Shown here: in pieces, positions 34,206 through 43,053 of the stretch | How positions within the stretch are numbered: the first letter of the stretch is position 1 | Layout of the letters: every line of letters starts with the position of its first letter | DNA from: an uncultured Solirubrobacterales bacterium | Lineage (GTDB): Bacteria > Actinomycetota > Thermoleophilia > Solirubrobacterales > 70-9 | Assembly: GCA_963780395.1 (NCBI GenBank) | Contig: CAWABY010000017.1 | Location: 120,625-184,624, forward strand | Length of the DNA: 64,000 bases | Reading direction: 5' to 3' | Translations under genes and position numbers: made by a program | Notes under the pieces: generated by a model | Database searches by the model: none | What the model was told of the DNA's origin: nothing | The model's input: only the letters and a program-made list of their open reading frames with translations

Positions 34206-36383
34206 ATGAGTGCCCGTTCCAGGCGCAGGCACAGGCGCACCAGCCGCAAGCGCAATCCCTTCCTACTCGCATTGGTGGTGCTCGGGGGGAGCGCTGCGCT
34301 GGCGGTGATGATCCTCGGCAGCTACGTGATCAGCGTCGCCGCCGACGCGCCCCCGATCTCGCAGCTGCACGCCATCGACCAGGGCTCCAACTCCATCGTC
34401 TACGCGGCCGACGGATCGCGGCTGGGCTACATCCAGTCCGACGAGGCACGCACACCGGTCGGGATCGAGAAGATCCCCGAGGACCTGCAGCAGGCCACGG
34501 TCGCGATCGAGGACGAGCGCTTCTACGAGCACAACGGCGTCGACCTCGAGGGCATCACCCGCGCGGCCTTCGAGAACCTCGAGGCCGGCGAGGTGAGGCA
34601 GGGCGGCTCGACGATCACGATGCAGCTGGCCCGGAACCTCTACATCGACGACCCCGATCGCGACCTGGAGCGCAAGATCAAGGAGGCGAAGATCGCCGAG
34701 GAGCTCGAGGAGGAGCACTCAAAGGACTGGATCATCGAGAACTACCTGAACACCGCCTCCTACGGGACCGTCAACGGCCGCACCGCGGTCGGGGTCGAGG
34801 CGGCGGCCCAGATCTACTACTCGAAGAAGGCCGACAACCTCGACCTCGCCGAGTCGGCGATGCTGGCCGGGCTGCCCCAGTCGCCGTCGCTCTACAACCC
34901 GCTGCAGAACCCGAGGTCGGCGCTCGAGCGCCGCAACGAGGTGCTCGAGGAGATGGAGAAGCAGGACTACATCAGCGAGTCCGAGTACGAGGACGCGATC
35001 GACCAGCGGATCGGGCTCAACCCCGGCAACCGCTACGAGGAGATCCGCGAGCCCTACTTCTTCGACTTCGTCGAGCAGCAGCTGATCGAGGAGTACGGGG
35101 TCAACACGGTGCGCCAGGGCGGGCTCAAGGTGCAGACGACGATCGACCCCCAGCTGCAGGAGGCGGGACGCCAGGCGATCGAGAACCACCTCTACTACTC
35201 GACCGACCCCTCCTCGGCGGTCGTCTCGATCGACCCCGACAACGGCTACGTCAAGGCGATGGCCTCCAGCGGCAGCTACTCGGACGCGCAGTTCAACCTC
35301 GCGGCGCAGGGACATCGGCAGCCCGGCTCGGCCGCCAAGACATGGGCGCTGACCACGGCGGTCCGGCGCGGGATCGACCCCGACTCGACCTATTACACCT
35401 CGCAGCCGCTCAGCCTCGATGACCCCTCATTCGGGCATTGGGAGGTGCAGACTTACTCGGACAGCTACGCCGGCTCGGTCAGCCTGCACCAGGCGACCCT
35501 CGCCTCCGACAACACCGTCTTCGCCCAGCTTGCACTCGACCTCGGCCCCGAGGCGGTCGCCGACACCGCCCACGACATGGGCATCGAGACCGAGCTCGAC
35601 GGCCTGCCCGCCGAGACGCTCGGCGGCCTGCGCCTGGGCGTCTCGCCCCTGGAGATGACCAACGCCTACGCCACCCTCGCCTCCGGGGGCATCCGCAACA
35701 AGCCGATCGCGATCAAGAAGGTGACCTTCCCCGACGGCCACGTCGACGAGCTCGGCGACCCCGAGCGCGAGCGCGTTTTCCCCGACGGCGTCGCCTACGA
35801 GGTGACGCAGATCCTCGAGGACAACGTCGACGCAGGCACCGGCACCGCGGCGGGCACGGGCTGCGGCGACGAGGCGGGCAAGACCGGGACCACCGACGAC
35901 TTCAACGACGCCATGTTCATGGGCTACACGCCGCACCTGGCGACCGGCGTCTGGGTCGGCTACCCCGACGCGCTGATCTCGATGACCTCGGTGCACGGGA
36001 TCTCGGTCGCGGGCGGCACCTTCCCGGCGATGATCTGGCACGACTTCATGGAGGTGGCCCTGGACGGCCACTGCGAGTACTTCCCCGAGCCCTCGGACCC
36101 GGTCGAGTGGATCCCCTTCAACGGCGAGTACAGCTCGAGCTCCGGCTCCGGCTGCAGCACCGCCTCGGTCGGCGGCACCGGCAGCTCGGAGGGCTCCTAC
36201 GGCTGCGGCAGCTACGACGACAGCAGCTACGAGGACAGCGGTGCGGGCGGCAACGACGACGGCGCCTACGCGCCGGGCGTCGGCCAGAAGCCGGCGCCGA
36301 AGCCGGATCCCGCGCCGAAGCCGGAACCCGCGCCTCCGCCCCCGCCGCCTCCTCCCCCGCCCTCTGGCGGCGTCACCCCTTAG
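34206..36383 (+). CDS. Class A penicillin-binding protein (transglycosylase + transpeptidase) with Pro-rich C-terminal tail
   Basis: ORF 34206-36383. GT51 motifs EDERFYEHNGVD and GGSTITMQLARN. Transpeptidase motifs SAAK (SxxK), SDN and KTGTT. The tail reads PAPKPDPAPKPEPAPPPPPPPPPP. Confidence 0.9.
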   Translation: MSARSRRRHRRTSRKRNPFLLALVVLGGSAALAVMILGSYVISVAADAPPISQLHAIDQGSNSIVYAADGSRLGYIQSDEARTPVGIEKIPEDLQQATVAIEDERFYEHNGVDLEGITRAAFENLEAGEVRQGGSTITMQLARNLYIDDPDRDLERKIKEAKIAEELEEEHSKDWIIENYLNTASYGTVNGRTAVGVEAAAQIYYSKKADNLDLAESAMLAGLPQSPSLYNPLQNPRSALERRNEVLEEMEKQDYISESEYEDAIDQRIGLNPGNRYEEIREPYFFDFVEQQLIEEYGVNTVRQGGLKVQTTIDPQLQEAGRQAIENHLYYSTDPSSAVVSIDPDNGYVKAMASSGSYSDAQFNLAAQGHRQPGSAAKTWALTTAVRRGIDPDSTYYTSQPLSLDDPSFGHWEVQTYSDSYAGSVSLHQATLASDNTVFAQLALDLGPEAVADTAHDMGIETELDGLPAETLGGLRLGVSPLEMTNAYATLASGGIRNKPIAIKKVTFPDGHVDELGDPERERVFPDGVAYEVTQILEDNVDAGTGTAAGTGCGDEAGKTGTTDDFNDAMFMGYTPHLATGVWVGYPDALISMTSVHGISVAGGTFPAMIWHDFMEVALDGHCEYFPEPSDPVEWIPFNGEYSSSSGSGCSTASVGGTGSSEGSYGCGSYDDSSYEDSGAGGNDDGAYAPGVGQKPAPKPDPAPKPEPAPPPPPPPPPPSGGVTP

Positions 36384-36399
36384 CGCTTAGCTTCCCCGC

Positions 36400-37668
36400 A
36401 TGACCGTGCGGACCTGGGTCGGCGGGATCGCCCTCGCCTCGCTCGTGATCCTGGGCCTGGCGATGGCCGCCGCCGGGCCCGAGGTCGTCCCCGCGGCCGG
36501 CCTCGGCGACGATCCCGGCTGGCTGCGCGGCGCCTACGGGGACGGCCTCGGCATCGCCGGCGGCGACTACATCCAGCTCGAGCGCGCCGCTCTGCTCGCC
36601 TACGCGGCCGTCCTGATCTGCGCCCCCGCGCTGCCCCTGCGGCTGCTCTGGGCGGCGATCTGCGCGCTGCTGCTGGCGTTCGCGATCGCGCCGCCGCTGC
36701 TGTCGCTTGACGTGTTCAGCTACCTGTCCTACGCCCGGCTCGACGCCCTGGGCGGGCTCAACCCCTACGAGGCCGCGCCCGAGGACCTGCCGGGCGACGC
36801 CGCGCTTCCCTTCGTCCTCGACAACCGCGACGCCGTCAGCGCCTACGGCCCGCTGTTCTCGCTGCTCGCGCTTCCGCTCGCGCACCTGGGGCTGGGGACC
36901 GCCGTCTATGCCCTGAAGGCGCTCGCGGGCCTGTCGGTGCTGGCCACCGCTTGGCTCGCCGCCCGCATGGCGGCCGCGCGCGGCCTCGACCCCCGCCCGG
37001 CCGCGGCGCTGATCGCCCTGAACCCCCTCGTGCTGGTGCACGTGGTCGGGGGTGCTCACAACGACGCGCTGACCGCGCTCGTGCTCAGCCTGGGCCTGGC
37101 GGGTGCGCTGGCGGCGCGCGAGGCGGCGGGCGGCGTCGCCCTGGTGGCGGCCGCCGGGGTCAAGGCCTCGGCCGCGTTCGCGCTTCCGTTCGCGGCACTC
37201 GAGGGCCTGCTGGGCCGAAGGAGGCTGCTGCTGGGCCTGGTCGTTGGCGCGGCGGGCGTGCTCGCCGTGGCGCTGGCCGGCTTCGGGTCGGCGGTCGATG
37301 GCGCCCTTGACGTCGCGGGGGAGAACCAGGAGCGGGGCTCGCGCGGGAGCTTCCCCAACACGATCGCGGCGGACCTCGGGCTGGGGCGGGACGCGGTCAG
37401 CGACGCCGCGGTCGCGCTCTACGCCGCCCTGGTGGCGGGGCTGCTGGTGTGGACGGCCCGCGGCGCGGACTGGGTCAGGGCCGCGGCGTGGGCGGGGCTC
37501 GGCCTGCTGATCGCCAGCAGCTACGTCCCGCCCTGGTACGTGATCCTGCCGCTGCCGCTGGTCGCGATCGCGCGCGACCGGGCGCTGGTTGCCTGCACCG
37601 TGCTTGGTCTCGGCCTATCTCCTGCGCTACCAGGTGCCGGGCCTGGGCGGGTAGATCGCCGCGGCTGA
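36400..37668 (+). CDS. Polytopic membrane protein, GT87/DUF2029-like (polyprenol-phosphate-mannose-dependent mannosyltransferase-like)
   Basis: ORF 36400-37668. LSLDVFSYLSYARLDALGGLNPYE and NPLVLVHVVGGAHNDAL resemble MptB/PimE-type GT-C enzymes. The assignment is by resemblance only. Confidence 0.6.
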   Translation: MTVRTWVGGIALASLVILGLAMAAAGPEVVPAAGLGDDPGWLRGAYGDGLGIAGGDYIQLERAALLAYAAVLICAPALPLRLLWAAICALLLAFAIAPPLLSLDVFSYLSYARLDALGGLNPYEAAPEDLPGDAALPFVLDNRDAVSAYGPLFSLLALPLAHLGLGTAVYALKALAGLSVLATAWLAARMAAARGLDPRPAAALIALNPLVLVHVVGGAHNDALTALVLSLGLAGALAAREAAGGVALVAAAGVKASAAFALPFAALEGLLGRRRLLLGLVVGAAGVLAVALAGFGSAVDGALDVAGENQERGSRGSFPNTIAADLGLGRDAVSDAAVALYAALVAGLLVWTARGADWVRAAAWAGLGLLIASSYVPPWYVILPLPLVAIARDRALVACTVLGLGLSPALPGAGPGRVDRRG

Positions 37669-37714
37669 TGAATCGCCTAGGTCTGGTCCCCACGGACGGC
37701 AACAAAGGGTGACG

Positions 37715-38566
37715 TCAAGCGGCCCGGGTGGCCCTCGGGTTCCAGATGCCGGTGGCGGCCGCGTCGCGTGCGTAGTCGCTGAAGTCCCGCGGCTCGCGGC
37801 CGAGGGCGCGCTGCACGCCGTCGGCCAGGCGGGCGTTGCGGCCGTCGAGGACCTCACCGAAGATGTAGGCCAGCATCTCGACGACCTCGCCCGGAACGGC
37901 CTGCTCGGCAGAGGCGGCCGCGAAATCCTCGATCGAGATCGGCACGTAGCTGATCTCGCGGCCCACCGCCCGGGAGATCTCCCGGACCGCGTTCGCGAAC
38001 GTTAGGAGCCGGGGCCCGGTGAGCTCGTAGACCTCGCCGATGTGCCGGTCGTCGGTCAGTGCCGCGACCGCGACGTCGGCGATGTCGTCGGCGTCGACGA
38101 ACGGCTCCGGCGTATCGCCGGCCGGAAGCGCGACCTCGCCTGCCTGGACCATCGCCTGCCAATAGTCCTCGCTGAAGTTCTGGGCGAACCAGGTCGAGTG
38201 CAAGACCGTCAGCTCGGCCCCGGAGTCGCGCACGGCCTGAGCCCCACGCACGGCCTCTTGCTCGCCGCGCCCGGACATCAGGACGAGACGCGGAACGCCG
38301 CTCTCCATGGCCAGCTCGGCGAACGAGCCCAGCGTCTCTGCGGCGCCGGGGATCGCGTCGAACTGATGGGAGACGTAGGCCGATCCGACCCCTTCCAGAG
38401 CCGGGCCCCAGGTCGAGCGGTCCTCCCAGTCGAAACGAGGCTCGCCGGAGCGCGAGCCGATGCGAACGGGCAGGCCGCGCGTGGTGAGGCGCTCCACCAC
38501 TCGGCGGCCGATCTTGCCGGTGCCGTTGAGTACCAGCGTGGGTTCTTGTCTCGTGTTGTCGTTCAT
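37715..38566 (-). CDS. NmrA-like / NAD(P)H-binding atypical SDR family protein
   Basis: ATG 38566 is preceded by GGAGGA. The Rossmann motif is LVLNGTGKIGRRVVERL. The 284-aa product lies within ORF 37715-38650. Confidence 0.8.
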   Translation of the reverse strand: MNDNTRQEPTLVLNGTGKIGRRVVERLTTRGLPVRIGSRSGEPRFDWEDRSTWGPALEGVGSAYVSHQFDAIPGAAETLGSFAELAMESGVPRLVLMSGRGEQEAVRGAQAVRDSGAELTVLHSTWFAQNFSEDYWQAMVQAGEVALPAGDTPEPFVDADDIADVAVAALTDDRHIGEVYELTGPRLLTFANAVREISRAVGREISYVPISIEDFAAASAEQAVPGEVVEMLAYIFGEVLDGRNARLADGVQRALGREPRDFSDYARDAAATGIWNPRATRAA

Positions 38567-38646
38567 GGATCCTCCGGTGGTTGATCGATGGTTGAGGGGA
38601 AGTTGCCGGGATCGATTCGGACTGTCTATGGCTTGAGAGCGCCGAT

Positions 38647-39210
38647 TCATGCTCGGACGTCCAGCGGCCGCGGTGCCGGGCGCAGGTGCCGGCGGCGCCT
38701 CGCGAGCCAGGCCAGCGGTGCGAGGACGATGCGCTGCAGCCAGCGGGGCGGGAACGCTCCCCGCACCTCGTCCTCGAACTCCTCGGTGAACAGGGCGAGG
38801 TCGAGGGGCATCGGGATGCCGCCCAGCATCGTCCGGCCCTGCTCGGCGAGTCCGACGGCGGTCTCGAAGAGCTGCTCCATCTTCAGCGCCGGGCGCACCT
38901 CGACGCGGACGAGCGCGGCATCGTCGCCGACATTCGCGAAGTCGTGCTTCTGGCCAGGGGGGACGACGACCACCTCGCCGGGACCCGCGACGACCCGCTT
39001 GCGTCCCATCCTGAAGCGCATCGTGCCCTCGACGACCTCGAAGCGCTCCTCCTGCTTCGGGTGGATGTGCTGGCCACCCGGGACCCGTCGGTTCGCGGGA
39101 AGCTCGAGGTCGATCGCCAGCAGCCCGCCGCCCGTGTTCGCGGATGTCTGGCGGAACGTGATCCGCTCTCCGCTGGCCGGGTTCTCGAGTGTCTGTCCTG
39201 TGTTCGCCAT
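38647..39210 (-). CDS. Cupin domain protein
   Basis: ATG 39210 (MANTGQTLENPASGERITF...) lies within ORF 38647-39354. The cupin motifs are GGQHIHPKQEERFEVVEGT and VVVPPGQKHDF. Confidence 0.75.
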   Translation of the reverse strand: MANTGQTLENPASGERITFRQTSANTGGGLLAIDLELPANRRVPGGQHIHPKQEERFEVVEGTMRFRMGRKRVVAGPGEVVVVPPGQKHDFANVGDDAALVRVEVRPALKMEQLFETAVGLAEQGRTMLGGIPMPLDLALFTEEFEDEVRGAFPPRWLQRIVLAPLAWLARRRRHLRPAPRPLDVRA

Positions 39211-39352
39211 AGTCGCTCCGATCTGCTCGTCAATGCAATACGTCCAGTGTTCCAAGCCGAGCCAGGACTGTCTATGACTGGAACGGGCGAATACATGCTC
39301 AATCGTCCACCCTGCTGGACGAGTCGGGGAAGAACCATGCATACTTGGCGCC

Positions 39353-40339
39353 ATGGAAGCGCCCGACCCCTTCCCGCCGGCCGATCCCCTCGGCGAGGCA
39401 CTCCACTTCCTGCGGATGAACGGCGCGTACTACTGCCGCTCCGAGCTCACCGCACCGTGGGGACTCACGCTGCCGCCGACGCCGGGGTACATGTGGTTTC
39501 ACGTGGTGACCTCGGGCCGGATGTGGCTCGAGACGGGGGAGGAGGAGCGGGATTGGATCCAGCTCGGGGACCTCGCGCTCGTGCCGCACGGGGAGGGCCA
39601 CGTCCTTAGCAGCGAGCCGGGAGCTCCTGCGCCCGGCATTCTCGATCTCGAGCGTGAGGTCGTGAGCGACCGCTACGAGATCCTTCGCCATGGCGGGGGC
39701 GGTGCGCCCACCGGCCTCATCTGCGGGGCTGTGCGCTTCGCGCACCCGGCCGCCGGCAACCTCATCGAGATCCTCCCCAGGACGATCCGCATCGAGGCGT
39801 CCAGCTCGCCCCGGCTGGAGTGGATGCAGAGCGTGTTGCGGTTGATGGCCTCCGAGGCCGGCGAGCTCCGGCCCGGCGGCGAGGCCGTGATCACGCGCCT
39901 CGGGGACATCCTCGTGATCCAGGCAATCCGGGCCTGGATCGAGAGCGATCCGGCCGCACAGAGGGGCTGGCTGGGAGCGCTCCAAGACCCCCAGATCGGC
40001 CGCGCCATCTCAAACATTCATCGCGACCCCGCTCGGAACTGGACCGTCGCCTCCCTGGCCCACGAGCTGGCGATGTCGCGTTCGGCGTTCGCCGCCCGTT
40101 TCACCGAGCTCGTCGGCGAGCCGGTGATGAGCTACGTCGCCCGCTGGCGCATGCATGTCGCGGTAGCTGCGCTGAAGGAGGAGGGCGCCACGGTCGGCCA
40201 GCTCGCCGACCGGCTCGGCTACCGGTCCGAGGCCGCGTTCAGCCGCGCCTTCAAGCGCGTCATCGGCGTCTCGCCGGGCGCGATTAGGAGGACCGCCGCC
40301 GAGCAGGACCGCGCGCTGTTCGCCGCCGCGGCGGGCTGA
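39353..40339 (+). CDS. AraC family transcriptional regulator (cupin-type N-domain + HTH_18)
   Basis: ORF 39353-40339. The C-terminus LAHELAMSRSAFAARFTELVGEPVMSYVARWRM...GYRSEAAFSRAFKRVIG is the AraC dual HTH. The gene is divergent from the cupin gene. Confidence 0.85.
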   Translation: MEAPDPFPPADPLGEALHFLRMNGAYYCRSELTAPWGLTLPPTPGYMWFHVVTSGRMWLETGEEERDWIQLGDLALVPHGEGHVLSSEPGAPAPGILDLEREVVSDRYEILRHGGGGAPTGLICGAVRFAHPAAGNLIEILPRTIRIEASSSPRLEWMQSVLRLMASEAGELRPGGEAVITRLGDILVIQAIRAWIESDPAAQRGWLGALQDPQIGRAISNIHRDPARNWTVASLAHELAMSRSAFAARFTELVGEPVMSYVARWRMHVAVAALKEEGATVGQLADRLGYRSEAAFSRAFKRVIGVSPGAIRRTAAEQDRALFAAAAG

Positions 40340-40528
40340 GAGTGCGACGAGCGACCAATCACGCTTGGCTGGAGTGCCTGGCCGCGAGCTAGCGGGCGAA
40401 TGACTTCGTGGGAAGTGGCGAGGAGCATTGTTTTGCCTCGACCCGCAAGCCAAAAGCCCCCGGTGTAGGCATCAAACGAGACCCCGAACTCTCGCTTCAA
40501 CACGGGATGCACGCGTCGGCACCGCCCG

Positions 40529-40795
40529 CTAGACGGCTCTCGCAAGGGACGAGAAGCAGGAGCCCGGCGATGGTTGGGCAGAGTGCCGCTTCCGCGTGAA
40601 CGCAGCAGCGCGCGCACTTGCAGCAGGTAGGCGCCCGACCAAAAACCGGAGCAGCGCGCTCACGGGGCTAGGCGCTGCCGCGCGTCGGGCAGCGGTGACG
40701 CGGTAGATCAGCGCGCCCTCGCGGAAGCCGGCGACCTCGTTTCGGCTTGCACGAGGCGTGAGCCTCACCTCTATCGTCATTCGCCCGTTGGCCAC
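40529..40795 (-). pseudogene. Possible decayed DUF167 (YggU-like) gene remnant
   Basis: ORF 40529-40795 begins MTIEVRLTPRASRNEVAGFREGALIYRVTAA, like the DUF167 N-terminus. The expected PxDGxAN...GxxSRxK continuation is not readable in any single frame. Local GC is lower than in the flanks. Confidence 0.3.
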
Positions 40796-42012
40796 GACTC
40801 ACCGCATCATCGCGGCCCTCGTCGCCGTCGCGGTGCACCTGGCGCTGCTGGTGCCGACCATCGGCCAGGAGGGCGGGGTGCTCGGGAACCGACTTCGGGC
40901 CCGAGGCCGAGGCGATCGAGCGCGGGGCGCTGCCCTACGGCGACGAGGAGCTCGAGTACCCGCCGTTCTCGATCCCCGTGATCGTGGGGCCGGCGCTGGT
41001 GGGCGAGGGCGCGGAGGCCTACAACGAGGACTTCGAGATCCAGATGCTGGTCGTGGACCTGGCGATCGTGCTGCTGCTGGCGCTCGCGCTGCCGGGGACC
41101 GCCAGGCACGTGATCGCGGCGCTGGCCGTGTACACGCTCGGGATCGTGGCCCTGTCGGGGATCGTGCTGGGGGCCTCCGACATCGACGAGGCGCCTCTGG
41201 CACTGGGCCGCTTCGACCTGTGGCCGGCGCTGCTGGTGCTGGCCGCGGTGCTGGCGCGAGAGCGCGGGCGCTCGGCCACCTGGTCGGCGCTGCTCTCGGC
41301 CGGGGTGGCGCTGAAGGCCTATCCGCTGGCGCTGTTCCCGGCGCTGCTGCGCGGCGAGCGCAACCTTGGCCGGGTCGCCGTCGCAGCGGCGATCCCGGTC
41401 GTGGTGGCGGCCGCGATCGTGCTCGGCTTCGGTGACGAGTTCGGCTCCGCGATCGGGTACCACGCCGACCGCGGGCTGCAGATCGAGGCCGTGGCGGCGA
41501 CGCCGCTGGAGATCGCGTCGATCAACGACACCAGCGCCGAGGCGGAGTACGGCTCGGGCAGCTTCAACTTCGTCGCGGGGGGCGCCGAGGCGGCGCGCGC
41601 GATCTCGATCGGCCTGCTGGTCTGCAGCTACGCGCTGGTGCTGTGGGCCGGCTGGCGGACGCGCGTCTCGCATCTGAAGCTGGCGACCGCGCTGTTGGCC
41701 GTGATCGTCGTCTTCTCCCCGGTCCTCTCGCCCCAATTCCTGTTCTGGCTGCTGCCGCTGTCGGCCGCCGCCTACGGGCTGGCGGCGTCGAACGCGGTGC
41801 TCCTGGCGGCCTTCGTCCTGACCCAGCTGATGCTGCAGTTCTACGCCCGGGTCGTGGTCGATTTCGACCCCGAGTTCGTCTGGCGCCTGGCGGGCCGCAA
41901 CGCGGCGCTGCTGCTCTACGCCGGCCTCGTCTGCGTGCCCATCGTCAGCGCGGCGCTGCGGTCGGGCGAGCCCGACCGGGGCGGTGAGGTCGCGGCGCCG
42001 GAGGCGACGTAG
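40758..42012 (+). CDS. Polytopic membrane protein, GT87/DUF2029-like (second paralog); +1 frame break near 40887 as sequenced
   Basis: The N-terminus VSLTSIVIRPLATTHRIIAALVAVAVHLALLVPTIGQEGGVLG lies in ORF 40758-41435. The next frame continues TDFGPEAEAIERGALPYGDEELEYPPFSIPVIVGP... into ORF 40978-42012. The PYxD...EYPP motif is typical of this family. Confidence 0.6.
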
Positions 42013-42021
42013 CCTGTCGCC

Positions 42022-43053
42022 ATGGAGAGCGAGTTCGACCTGATCGCGGCGCTGGTCGAGCGCCTGCCGCCACCCGGCGAGGCCGTGCGCGTGGGCAGCG
42101 GGGACGACGCCGCCGTGACCGAGCCCCGATCGGGCGCCTCGGTGACCAGCGTCGATGCGCTCGTCGACGGCGTCCACTTCAGGCTGGAGCAGTTCGGGCC
42201 GCGCGCGGTCGGCCGCAAGGCGCTCGCCGCCGCGCTCTCGGACCTCGCGGCGATGGGAGCCGAGCCCGGCGAGGCCTACGTCGCGCTCGGGGTGCCGGAG
42301 GGGATCGTCACCGAGCAGCTCCGTGAGCTCGCGGACGGGCTCGCCGAGGTCGCCTCGCGCGAGGGCGTCTCGGTCGTCGGCGGCGACGTGACGCGGGCGC
42401 CGGCGCTGTCGCTTGCGGTCACCTGCGTCGGCTACGAGCCCGCGGGCGGGCGCCTGGTGACGCGCTCGGGCGCGCGGCCCGGCGACGTCGTCGTCGTGAC
42501 CGGCGAGCTCGGCGGCGCCGCCGGCGGGCTGCAGCTGCTGGAGAGGGTCGGCGGCGGGCCGGAGCCGGACGAGGCGATCGCATCGCTCGAGGAGCGACAG
42601 CTCGACCCGCGCCCGCGGCTGGCGGCCGGCATGACGCTGGCGGGCGCCGGCGCCACGGCGATGATCGACCTCAGCGACGGGATCGGCGCCGACGCGGGCC
42701 ACGTGGCCGCAGCCAGCGGCGTCCGGATCGAGATCGAGGCCGGCCGCCTGCCGCTCGCCCGCGGGCTGATCAAGCTGGTCGGCGGCTCCGAGGCCGCCCT
42801 GCCGCTGGTCCTCTCGGGCGGGGAGGACTACGAGCTGCTGGCCACGCTGCCCGCCGGCGCGCTCGATCAGGTGCGCGCCGAGCTGGGCGAGGGACCGGGC
42901 ATCACCGAGATCGGCCAGGTCCTGGATGGCGAGGGCGCCGCCGTCCTCGGTTTGGACGGCGAGGAGCTCGAGGCCGGCGGCTTCGACCACATGCGGGGGT
43001 CGCGGGCCGGCTCCTCCGGCGGCGCCTCCTCCTCTTCTTCCTCCTCCTCCTGA
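42022..43053 (+). CDS. thiL: Thiamine-monophosphate kinase
   Basis: ORF 42022-43053. GDDAAV, DALVDGVHF, ALSDLAAMGA and LSGGEDYELL are AIR-synthase-related ThiL motifs. It carries an unusual Ser-rich tail, GSSGGASSSSSSSS. Confidence 0.9.
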   Translation: MESEFDLIAALVERLPPPGEAVRVGSGDDAAVTEPRSGASVTSVDALVDGVHFRLEQFGPRAVGRKALAAALSDLAAMGAEPGEAYVALGVPEGIVTEQLRELADGLAEVASREGVSVVGGDVTRAPALSLAVTCVGYEPAGGRLVTRSGARPGDVVVVTGELGGAAGGLQLLERVGGGPEPDEAIASLEERQLDPRPRLAAGMTLAGAGATAMIDLSDGIGADAGHVAAASGVRIEIEAGRLPLARGLIKLVGGSEAALPLVLSGGEDYELLATLPAGALDQVRAELGEGPGITEIGQVLDGEGAAVLGLDGEELEAGGFDHMRGSRAGSSGGASSSSSSSS

